From contig CAXTBI010000007.1 in assembly GCA_964242195.1 (NCBI GenBank), positions 6 through 64,005 on the forward strand: a DNA stretch of 64,000 nt. Direction: 5' to 3'. Shown here in pieces: positions 38,984-46,793 of this stretch (position 1 is its first letter; each line of letters opens with the position of its first letter). The translations under genes were made by a program, and so were the position numbers. The stretch comes from an uncultured Acidobacteriaceae bacterium (lineage in GTDB: Bacteria > Acidobacteriota > Terriglobia > Terriglobales > Acidobacteriaceae). Under the pieces are notes generated by a model. The model was not told the origin of the DNA. It worked only from the letters and a program-made list of their open reading frames with translations, and did not search any database.

Positions 38984-40429
38984 ATGTCCTCTGTCCCAGT
39001 CTCCCCCGCTGTCCTGAATCCATGGGTGCGCATCCTGGGTGCGCTTGAGAAAAAGGTCAATCGGCAAACGTTTGAGACCTGGTTCAAGCCCACACGGTTT
39101 TCCCACACGGAAGGCCGCACGCTGTACGTTCGTGTGCCGAGGGCCGATTTTGAAATCAAGATCGGTGACCGGTATGGCGATCATATTCACGAAGCGATCG
39201 ACGACCTCGGCCTGGAACTCGATGAGGTGAAGTTTCAAGCGCCGGCGGCCGAGCCGATCCCGGCCCGGGTTCGCGAGGATGGCGGTTTTGCCCCCCAGCC
39301 CACGCATTCGCCCGCTGCCCCGCGCGCCGGTCGCCATCCCCTGGCGTCGCCGCCTCCCCCTCCCGGCGCCCCCGGCCCGGAGCAGAGCCGCTTCGATTGG
39401 AACACCGCCGCGCAGCTCAACCCGCGCTATGTGTTTGAGCATTTTATGGTGGGCTCCGGCAACCAGTTCGCCCATGCCGCGGCGCAGTCGGTTGCGGAGC
39501 GGCCCGCGCGCACCTACAACCCGCTGTTCGTCTACGGGGGCGTCGGTCTGGGCAAGACGCACCTGATGCAGGCCATCGGCCACGGCGTGAAAGCGCGCTT
39601 GCCGCACGCCGCCATCTCCTACATCACGGGGGAAGCGTTCACCAACGAGATGATCAACGTGGTTCGCCACAACCGTGACGGCATGCCGGCGTTTCGGGAT
39701 CGCTTCCGTTCGGTCGATGTGCTTCTGCTGGACGATGTGCAATTTTTGGCCAACAAGGAACGCACGCAGGAAGAGTTTTTCCACACGTTCAACACGTTGC
39801 ATGAGGCAGGCAAGCAGATTGTGATTGCCTCTGACCGGCCACCCAAAGAGTTGAGCGGCTTTGAAGACCGTCTGCGTTCGCGCTTCGAGTGGGGCCTGGT
39901 GGTCGACATCCAACCCCCCGATCTGGAAACCAAGGTTGCCATCCTGCAACACAAGGCGGACAACGACAGCACGGAGCTGCCGACCGATGTGGCCCTGTTT
40001 ATCGCGAGCAATGTACGCACCAACGTCCGCGAACTGGAAGGGGCGCTGGTGCGCCTGTTGGCCTGGTGCGGTCTGCACAACACGGAAATCACGCTGCCCA
40101 CCGCGCAGCAGTGCCTGAAGCAGTTTATCGACACGCAGGTGCGCAAAATCACCATTGAAGCGATCCAGCGAGCGGTGGCCGAGCAGTTCGGCATGCGCAC
40201 GGCGGAGCTGAAGCAGAAGAACAACGCGCGCCAGATCGTTGTTCCGCGCCAGATCGCGATGTATCTAGCCAAGCAGATGACGGAAGCCTCGCTGCCGGAA
40301 ATCGGGCGGCAGTTCGGCGGCAAGCACCACACCACGGTCATGCATTCCATTGCGAAAATCGACGAGCAAAGGCGAAATGACACGGATCTGGCGCGCACGT
40401 TGGGCAAGCTGCAGGAGATTCTCGGGTAG
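38984..40429 (+). CDS. dnaA: Chromosomal replication initiator
   Basis: YNPLFVYGGVGLGKTHL; LLLDDVQF; TQEEFFHTFN; SRFEWG; GGKHHTTVMHS. Confidence 0.98.
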   Translation: MSSVPVSPAVLNPWVRILGALEKKVNRQTFETWFKPTRFSHTEGRTLYVRVPRADFEIKIGDRYGDHIHEAIDDLGLELDEVKFQAPAAEPIPARVREDGGFAPQPTHSPAAPRAGRHPLASPPPPPGAPGPEQSRFDWNTAAQLNPRYVFEHFMVGSGNQFAHAAAQSVAERPARTYNPLFVYGGVGLGKTHLMQAIGHGVKARLPHAAISYITGEAFTNEMINVVRHNRDGMPAFRDRFRSVDVLLLDDVQFLANKERTQEEFFHTFNTLHEAGKQIVIASDRPPKELSGFEDRLRSRFEWGLVVDIQPPDLETKVAILQHKADNDSTELPTDVALFIASNVRTNVRELEGALVRLLAWCGLHNTEITLPTAQQCLKQFIDTQVRKITIEAIQRAVAEQFGMRTAELKQKNNARQIVVPRQIAMYLAKQMTEASLPEIGRQFGGKHHTTVMHSIAKIDEQRRNDTDLARTLGKLQEILG

Positions 40430-40513
40430 GGTCGAGTGCGCATTCGCACAACCGGGGGCCGTCTCGACCGAGGCGCTCCGCCGACAAACTTTTGCCGTTC
40501 GGCGCGGCTGTTT

Positions 40514-40582
40514 GATCTGCAACTGCTTGATCTGCGAACTGCTTGATCTGCGAATTGCCGATCTGCGAACTGCCGATCTGCG
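40514..40582. repeat. Five-copy 15-16-bp tandem repeat GATCTGCGAACTGC[C/TT]
   Basis: GATCTGC starts at 40514, 40529, 40545, 40560 and 40575. Confidence 0.85.
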
Positions 40583-40610
40583 GCCCTGATTCTCGCTCCG
40601 TGGCCCGGAT

Positions 40611-40633
40611 GCAGATCCCTTCGGGGATGACAA
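40611..40633. repeat. REP-like right end GCAGATCCCTTCGGGGATGACAA
   Basis: Resembles 24335-24365 (GCAGAT...GGATGACAA) and contains a CCC-TTCG-GGG hairpin. Confidence 0.6.
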
Positions 40634-40907
40634 ACCGAAGTCCGGGTGTGCGCCGGTCGTTGAATAGAACCGGGCAACACAGCAGTTTGCAGCCTTGTGT
40701 TGGAGCTGGGGATCCGGTTTGGCGAAAGCTTCGCTCGGAAGTGACAACGCTGCGTGGGGTCTGCACCGGTCTGCACCGGAGCGCAGCGAGAAAGCCCCGC
40801 GCGGCCCCGATGTACCCCACGAGTTACCATCGCGCGGTTACCTACTCTTGAGTAACTTTCACAAACTTAGGTGTTGGATCAATCGAAAGTTGTAGTACGT
40901 TTGCGGG

Positions 40908-41053
40908 AGCAACAACAGACCCAATTTGGCAACGTCCAAGTTTGCCGGCCCTGGCTGAGCCTCGATGGAGGTCTCCGTGAAAGGCCGGTGGCTGGCGTAG
41001 GGGATTCCGCGCTTTCACGAGCCTGGGAGAGCTTCGCCGGAGGGTCTGTTTGT
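40908..41053 (+). ncRNA. Putative structured leader RNA of unknown family upstream of the S8 protease
   Basis: Nested complementary segments 40914-22/41042-50, 40945-49/41036-40, 40972-76/41026-30 and 40976-83/41012-19. Confidence 0.4.
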
Positions 41054-41169
41054 GCGTCCTCGGGCCCCGCGGCAACCGTTCAAAACGCTCAGCATTCCCC
41101 CATCCTCGTCGAGGTGTGCCGGGGATGAACGCAGCGGTGGGAACGGTTATTACCTTTGTGGAGCAGAAC

Positions 41170-43086
41170 ATGTCCTTCCGGTCCCGCACATCCCGTTTCG
41201 CCCTCGTGTTTACAGGGGCGATCTCGATTCCTTTCACGGCTTCGGCCGCCTGCCATCACGTCAAATGCTCCGTGGATTTGAACGCCACAGCCACGTCAAC
41301 GGTGCCCGTCATTGTGCAGTACACAAACGATCCTTCCGATGCGGAAGTAGCCGCCGTCAGCACTTTTGGCGCGGTATCGCAACGGAGCCACAGCATCCGC
41401 GCGGTTGCGGCCAAGGTATCCGCTTCGGATCTGGAGTCGATGGCCAGTCTCCCCGGGGTGCGCTACGTTTCGCTCGATCACAGGCTTGCGGTAACGCAGG
41501 CGGCGGCGACCCCCATCGGCACAAGCCCCGAGTTTACCGCCGAGCCGATCAATGCGCCGTGGGCGAACGCAAAGGGATACACCGGCAAGGGGATCGGTGT
41601 CGCTGTGATTGACAGCGGGATCAGCCCCGTGGCCGATCTTGCCGGACGCGTGGTCTACAGCCAGAACTTCGTTGCCAACGAGACCACGACCACCGATGGC
41701 TTTGGGCACGGCACGCATGTGGCCGGGCTGATCGCCGGGGGTGGACAAAGCTCCACGGGAGCGGCCTACACCCGTACCTTCACCGGCATTGCGCCGGGGG
41801 CCAACCTGATCAATCTCCGCGCCCTGGACGAAAATGGCGTGGGCTCGGACTCGGCCGTAATCGCCGCCATCGACCGTGCGATTGCGCTGAAAGGCACGTA
41901 CAACATCAAGGTGATCAACCTTTCGCTGGGTCGTCCCATCTACGAAAGCTACACGCTCGATCCGCTGTGCCAGGCCGTGGAACAGGCCTGGGCCGCGGGC
42001 ATCACGGTGGTGGTGGCGGCAGGGAACGATGGCCGCAACAACGCCTTGAACAACGAGGGGTACGGCACCATCAATGCCCCCGGCAACGATCCGTACGCCA
42101 TCACCGTGGGGGCAACCAACCCCATGAATACGGCGACGGTGAACGATGACGTGATGGCCAGCTACAGCTCCAAGGGGCCCTCGTTCATCGATCAGGTGGT
42201 GAAGCCGGACATCATCGCGCCGGGGAACCTGGTAACCAGCCTGCTGGCACCCGGGTCCAGCCTGCAACCGGAAAACCCCACCTTCTACACCCCCTTGTCC
42301 TGGTACATCGCCGGCGGGGGCACGAGCGCCTCGACGACGTACTTCCCTCTGAGCGGCACAAGCATGTCCACCGCCGTGGCCAGCGGTGCGGTCGCCGATC
42401 TGCTGGGCGCCGACAGCGCCCTGACACCGGATCAGGTGAAAGCCCTGCTGATGTTCAGCGCCAACAAGAACGTCATTCCACGAACGTATGTGCTGACCGA
42501 TGCCGGCGTGACCTATACCGATCACGACGACATCTTCACCGTGGGCGCGGGCTACCTGGATCTGCAGACCACGATCCAGAACGCTTTCGCGTATGGCAGC
42601 TACATCCCGACGGGCGCGCCTGCACTTTCACCGGTAGCGGTGTATGTGCCGGAAACCAACCAGGTCGGGATTGCCACCGGCCAGACGGCGCTTTGGGGCA
42701 AAACCGCGCTTTGGGGCAAGACTGCCGTGTGGGGAGCAACGGCCCTGTGGGGCAAGAGCGCCTTTGACAGCAGTTCCACCGCCCTTTGGGGCAAGACCGC
42801 CTTGTGGGGCAAAACAGCCCTTTGGGGCAAGAGTGACCCCAACGCGTTTACCGCTTTGTGGGGCGCAACGGCCCTTTGGGGCGCAAGCGATCCAAACGCG
42901 TTTACCGCTTTGTGGGGCAAGTCGGCTGTTACCGGCGATACAGCCCTGTGGGGCAAGGGAACACCGGACGCGGCGACTGCTTTGTGGGGCAAAACCGCCC
43001 TTTGGGGCAAGAACGCGGAGGACAGCGACACCGCTTTTTGGGGCAAAACGGCTCTTTGGGGCAAAACAGCCCTGTGGGGTAAATAA
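41170..43086 (+). CDS. Secreted S8 subtilase (AprX-like) with an I9-like propeptide and a C-terminal TALWGK repeat tail
   Basis: Signal peptide; catalytic triad VAVIDSG, FGHGTHVAG, SGTSMS; oxyanion AAGN; 16 TA(L/V/F)WG(K/A) repeats. Confidence 0.93.
   Translation: MSFRSRTSRFALVFTGAISIPFTASAACHHVKCSVDLNATATSTVPVIVQYTNDPSDAEVAAVSTFGAVSQRSHSIRAVAAKVSASDLESMASLPGVRYVSLDHRLAVTQAAATPIGTSPEFTAEPINAPWANAKGYTGKGIGVAVIDSGISPVADLAGRVVYSQNFVANETTTTDGFGHGTHVAGLIAGGGQSSTGAAYTRTFTGIAPGANLINLRALDENGVGSDSAVIAAIDRAIALKGTYNIKVINLSLGRPIYESYTLDPLCQAVEQAWAAGITVVVAAGNDGRNNALNNEGYGTINAPGNDPYAITVGATNPMNTATVNDDVMASYSSKGPSFIDQVVKPDIIAPGNLVTSLLAPGSSLQPENPTFYTPLSWYIAGGGTSASTTYFPLSGTSMSTAVASGAVADLLGADSALTPDQVKALLMFSANKNVIPRTYVLTDAGVTYTDHDDIFTVGAGYLDLQTTIQNAFAYGSYIPTGAPALSPVAVYVPETNQVGIATGQTALWGKTALWGKTAVWGATALWGKSAFDSSSTALWGKTALWGKTALWGKSDPNAFTALWGATALWGASDPNAFTALWGKSAVTGDTALWGKGTPDAATALWGKTALWGKNAEDSDTAFWGKTALWGKTALWGK
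42685..43083 (+). repeat. Coding 18-bp repeat array (TALWGK x16)
   Basis: acNgcNYtNtggggcaaR units vary at synonymous positions and are separated by 6-7-codon spacers. Confidence 0.92.
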
Positions 43087-43113
43087 GCGAACGGCCGCCT
43101 TTTCAGGGCATGC

Positions 43114-43150
43114 ACGGAGGGCGCCGTCTTCGGAGGGCGCCCTCCGTTTT
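43114..43150 (+). terminator. Intrinsic terminator
   Basis: ACGGAGGGCGCC...GGCGCCCTCCGTTTT downstream of the protease. Confidence 0.8.
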
Positions 43151-43233
43151 GTGCTGAGTCTGGGTGGGCAAATGCATAGAGCATTTAGTGAAGTTCCCGC
43201 CCGGGGCAGAAGGGATGAGGTAGGGTGTACCGT

Positions 43234-44073
43234 ATGCAGCCTCTCGTTGATCCCGCCTTTGTGGCCGGCCGGCTGGGCGAGTCCGGCTTTGTCCTTCTGG
43301 ACGCCACCCTGCCGCCCGTCGGCGTGGCGCAGCCGCCGGATCCCCGCTCGCGCTACCTCGAGCGGCACATACCTGGGGCTGTGTTTTTCGATATCGACGA
43401 GCTTTCGGATTCGCGCACCTCCCTTCCCCATACCTTGCCGGAGCCTGGGGAGTTTGCCCGCGAGATGGCGCGGCTGGGGGTTGGCAGCAACATGACGCTG
43501 GTGGTGTATGAGCAGGAAGGCGTATTTTCCGCGCCGCGTGCCTGGTGGACCCTGCGTGCCTTCGGTGTGCGCGAGGTGTATGTGCTGGACGGCGGTCTGC
43601 GCGCGTGGGAGGCCGCCGGGTTCCCGATCGAAAGCGGCTATGTCGAGCGGCCGCCCGCGTACTTCCAGACTGCGCCGGATCCCAATGCGGTGCGGTCGCT
43701 GAGACAGGTGAAGGCCTTGCTGGAGGCCGGAGCGCAGGTGCTGGATGCGCGGTCGGCGGGGCGTTTTGCCGGGGCGGCCCCCGAGCCGCGGCCGGGGTTG
43801 CGGTCGGGCCACATGCCGGGAGCCCTCAATGTGCCGTTTACGGAGTTGTGCGCGGGGGGCCGCCTGCGGTCCCCGGAGGAGTTGCGGGCAGTTTTCGCGG
43901 CCAAAGGCGTGGCGCTGGACCGCCCCATCACGACCACCTGCGGCTCCGGGGTAACGGCGGCCGTGGTTGCTTTGGCCCTGGAGGTGATCGGCGCACCGCG
44001 GGTAAGCCTTTATGACGGGTCCTGGGCCGAGTACGCCGCCCAACCCGGAGCCGTGATCGTCGAGGGCAGCTGA
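43234..44073 (+). CDS. sseA: 3-mercaptopyruvate sulfurtransferase (double rhodanese)
   Basis: HIPGAVFFD; APRAWW; LDARSAGRF; active-site TTCGSGVTA; LYDGSWAEY. Confidence 0.93.
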   Translation: MQPLVDPAFVAGRLGESGFVLLDATLPPVGVAQPPDPRSRYLERHIPGAVFFDIDELSDSRTSLPHTLPEPGEFAREMARLGVGSNMTLVVYEQEGVFSAPRAWWTLRAFGVREVYVLDGGLRAWEAAGFPIESGYVERPPAYFQTAPDPNAVRSLRQVKALLEAGAQVLDARSAGRFAGAAPEPRPGLRSGHMPGALNVPFTELCAGGRLRSPEELRAVFAAKGVALDRPITTTCGSGVTAAVVALALEVIGAPRVSLYDGSWAEYAAQPGAVIVEGS

Positions 44074-44120
44074 ATCGCGAGGGCAGTTGAATCGCGAGGG
44101 CAGCGAATGCGCGAGGGCAG
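44061..44120. repeat. About 17-bp tandem repeat (GAATCGCGAGGGCAG) spanning the sseA stop
   Basis: cgagggcagc tgaatcgcgagggcagt tgaatcgcgagggcagc gaatgcgcgagggcag. Confidence 0.8.
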
Positions 44121-45476
44121 ATGGGCGAGCAGACGGATACGATGGCTTCATCGATGATCACGCCAGAGACCTCACCAGAGCGCCGCGACCTCCCCATGGG
44201 CAAACATCCGGCCCGGCTCGTCAACACGCCCAGGCAGGTCCTGTTCGCGAGCCTGGTGGGCACGGCTGTCGAGTTTTTCGACTTTTACATCTATGCCACG
44301 GCCGCGGTTCTGGTGTTTCCGAAGCTGTTTTTTCCGGCCTCCGACCCGAACTCGTCCACGCTGGCGTCGCTTGCGACCTTTGGCATTGCTTTTCTGGCCC
44401 GGCCCATCGGATCTGCGCTGTTCGGGCACTTTGGCGACCGTATCGGGCGCAAAAAGACGCTTGTCGTCGCGCTTTCCACGATGGGCATATCGACGTTCTT
44501 GATCGGGGCCCTGCCGACGTATCGCAGCATCGGGCTTGCCGCACCCATTCTGCTGGCGCTGTGCCGTTTCGGCCAGGGCATCGGGCTGGGCGGTGAACTG
44601 GGCGGCGCGATTCTGCTGGCCGTGGAGAATGCACCGCCGAACAAGCGCGCCGTCTACGGCATGTTCCCGCAATTGGGAGCGCCGCTGGGTTTTCTGTTGT
44701 CCGGTGCCGTGTTCCTGCTGCTGTCGCGTTCCTTGTCCGAAGCGCAGCTGTTTTCGTTCGGCTGGCGCTTGCCCTTTCTTTCAAGCGCGGCGCTTGTGCT
44801 GTTGGGCTTGTATGTGCGGCTGACGATTACCGAAACGCCCGTCTTTGAGGCCGCCATGAAACGCGCCGAGCGGGTGGAGGTGCCCACGCTTGCCGTGCTG
44901 CGCCATCACAAACGCGCCTTGGCTGTAGGCATCCTGATCAGCCTTGGAACCTTTGTGCTGTTTTACCTGATGATCGTGTTTACGCTGAGTTGGGGAACGA
45001 CGGCGCTGCACTACAAACGCAGTACATTCTTGCTGATTCAACTGCTGGGCACGCTGTTCTTTGCGGCGACCATCCCGATTTCCGCGCTGCTGGCCGAGCG
45101 TGACCGCCGGCCGGTGATGATCGCCGTGTCCGTGCTGATTGCGATCTTCGGTTTGTGCCTGGCGCCACTGTTTTCGGCGGGGCTCGCCGGCGTTGTGCTG
45201 ATGAGCTGCCTCGGGCTTTCGTTGATGGGGCTGATTTACGGTCCGCTGGGAACGGCGATCTCCGAGCTGTTTCCCACGCCGGTGCGCTACACGGGCAGTT
45301 CCCTGGCGTTCAGCACGGCCGGCATCCTGGGAGCTTCGCTGACACCCTACATCGCGACCTGGCTGGCGGGGCATTACGGTCTGCCCTTCGTGGGGTACTA
45401 CCTTGCCGGCGCGGCGATCCTGACCATTCTCGGTCTGCTGCTGAGTCCCGAAACCAGCCGGCGCGAACTCACGTAG
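44121..45476 (+). CDS. MFS metabolite:H+ symporter (MHS family)
   Basis: GTAVEFFDFYIY; ARPIG; GDRIGRK; QGIGLGGE; GWRLPF; ETPVF. Confidence 0.93.
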   Translation: MGEQTDTMASSMITPETSPERRDLPMGKHPARLVNTPRQVLFASLVGTAVEFFDFYIYATAAVLVFPKLFFPASDPNSSTLASLATFGIAFLARPIGSALFGHFGDRIGRKKTLVVALSTMGISTFLIGALPTYRSIGLAAPILLALCRFGQGIGLGGELGGAILLAVENAPPNKRAVYGMFPQLGAPLGFLLSGAVFLLLSRSLSEAQLFSFGWRLPFLSSAALVLLGLYVRLTITETPVFEAAMKRAERVEVPTLAVLRHHKRALAVGILISLGTFVLFYLMIVFTLSWGTTALHYKRSTFLLIQLLGTLFFAATIPISALLAERDRRPVMIAVSVLIAIFGLCLAPLFSAGLAGVVLMSCLGLSLMGLIYGPLGTAISELFPTPVRYTGSSLAFSTAGILGASLTPYIATWLAGHYGLPFVGYYLAGAAILTILGLLLSPETSRRELT

Positions 45477-45566
45477 CGGGGCCGGAAGCGGGCTGTCCGT
45501 ACCGGCGAGCCACCACCGTGCATCACATCACCCGAGCGCGAATTTCGGCAGGCATAGGAGATCTGT

Positions 45567-46088
45567 ATGGCGGAGAAACATATTATTCGAGGAATTTTAG
45601 CGGGCGTCGCGGGCGGCCTGGTGGCTTCCTGGGCCATGAGTCAATGGAGTGCGGGTCCGGGGAAGGCTATTAAAGACAAGCTGGAATCGCCGGAGGACAA
45701 GGAACGTGAGAAGGCCGCACAGGGCGACGACGGGGACGCGACCATGAAGGCCGCCGACGGCCTGGCCACGCCGGCACGCGGCGGCGCGCACCTGACGTAT
45801 GAGCAGAAAAGCAAGGGCGGCTCCATCGTCCACTACACCTATGGTGCCCTGGTAGGCGGTCTGTATGGCGGTCTGGCGGAGTACTCCTCCCTGGTGCGTT
45901 CGGGGTTCGGTACAACCTACGGTTCGGCGCTGTTTATTGGGGGCGACCTGGTGGCGGTGCCGGCCTTTGAGTTGTCCAAGCCGCTGGAGTCGTTCCCGCT
46001 CGCCTCCTTTGCCGGACCGTTCACGGCACACCTGGTGTACGGCGCCACCACGGAGTTGGTACGGCGGGTTGTGCGCAGGATTCTGTAG
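45567..46088 (+). CDS. DUF1440-like membrane protein
   Basis: AGVAGGLVASWAM; ATMKAA; VHYTYG; AHLVYG; RBS AGGAG. Confidence 0.75.
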   Translation: MAEKHIIRGILAGVAGGLVASWAMSQWSAGPGKAIKDKLESPEDKEREKAAQGDDGDATMKAADGLATPARGGAHLTYEQKSKGGSIVHYTYGALVGGLYGGLAEYSSLVRSGFGTTYGSALFIGGDLVAVPAFELSKPLESFPLASFAGPFTAHLVYGATTELVRRVVRRIL

Positions 46089-46090
46089 CC

Positions 46091-46720
46091 TCAGAAGCGA
46101 AGAACCGCGCCGAGTCCAGCTTCTTGCAGGGTTTGGCGGTCATTGCTGCCGTATGCCCGGATGTTGCCGGCACCGTACTCCGCCCGCAGATCCAGGTGCG
46201 GGAAGACCGTGTAATCCAGGCCGCCCTGCACCTGGTAGGCGAAGACACCCAGGGTGTTCGGCTGCGTACCGTAGTTTGTCCCGACCCCGCCGGCCTCCGC
46301 TTGCACATACGGCTTGAACGGGAGCAAGGGCAGGTTCAGCGCAAGGCGAAGACCGGCGAGGCCGCCGTGGAGGGTATTCCCGTTTGTCTGGGGATTGCCG
46401 TTCGAACTGGTGTCCTCGAAATAGCGCGCATCCGCACCGAGCTTCACCGGACCGAGCCGAACGAGGTTGTCGTAGATTCCGAAGGTGCCGCCGTATGCGG
46501 AAAAGCCGCTTCGGCCGTCAGCCGAGCCAAGGAAGCCGCCGTTCCCCATCGCGTATACACCGATCTGCGCGTCCGCGGCCGGTGCCCCCGCGAGCAGCAA
46601 CGGAATGAAGACCAGCAAGGGGATGAAGAAAACCCGACTCGCACATCGCTTCACCGTACATCGCTTCACCGTAGACGACCCCGAAAAAGAGTACATCTCA
46701 GGTAGACGGCGTCGGGGCAA
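46091..46720 (-). CDS. Small outer-membrane beta-barrel protein (start uncertain)
   Basis: Signal LLLAGAPAADAQ; KPYVQAEAGG; amphipathic strands; C-terminal Phe (GAVLRF). Confidence 0.7.
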   Translation of the reverse strand: MPRRRLPEMYSFSGSSTVKRCTVKRCASRVFFIPLLVFIPLLLAGAPAADAQIGVYAMGNGGFLGSADGRSGFSAYGGTFGIYDNLVRLGPVKLGADARYFEDTSSNGNPQTNGNTLHGGLAGLRLALNLPLLPFKPYVQAEAGGVGTNYGTQPNTLGVFAYQVQGGLDYTVFPHLDLRAEYGAGNIRAYGSNDRQTLQEAGLGAVLRF

Positions 46721-46750
46721 GGAGGTCGCGGGATGTGTGTGTTGTCGCTT

Positions 46751-46793
46751 TCGGTTACAACACGCGACTGTATCGGTTACAACACGCGACTGT
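46751..46793. repeat. 22-bp tandem duplication containing the threonine dehydratase stop codon
   Basis: TCGGTTACAACACGCGACTGT(A) occurs twice. Confidence 0.85.

Noticed and set aside
40950..41045. c-di-AMP (ydaO) or c-di-GMP riboswitch identity for the protease leader
   Set aside because: Only fragmentary resemblance (GCTGAG, GTAGGG), and the core consensus segments are missing. Left as an unassigned structure.
42685..43083. Repeat-spacer-like DNA resembling a CRISPR array
   Set aside because: Units are 18 bp, in frame, often adjacent and vary at third codon positions. No cas genes are present. It is a protein repeat.
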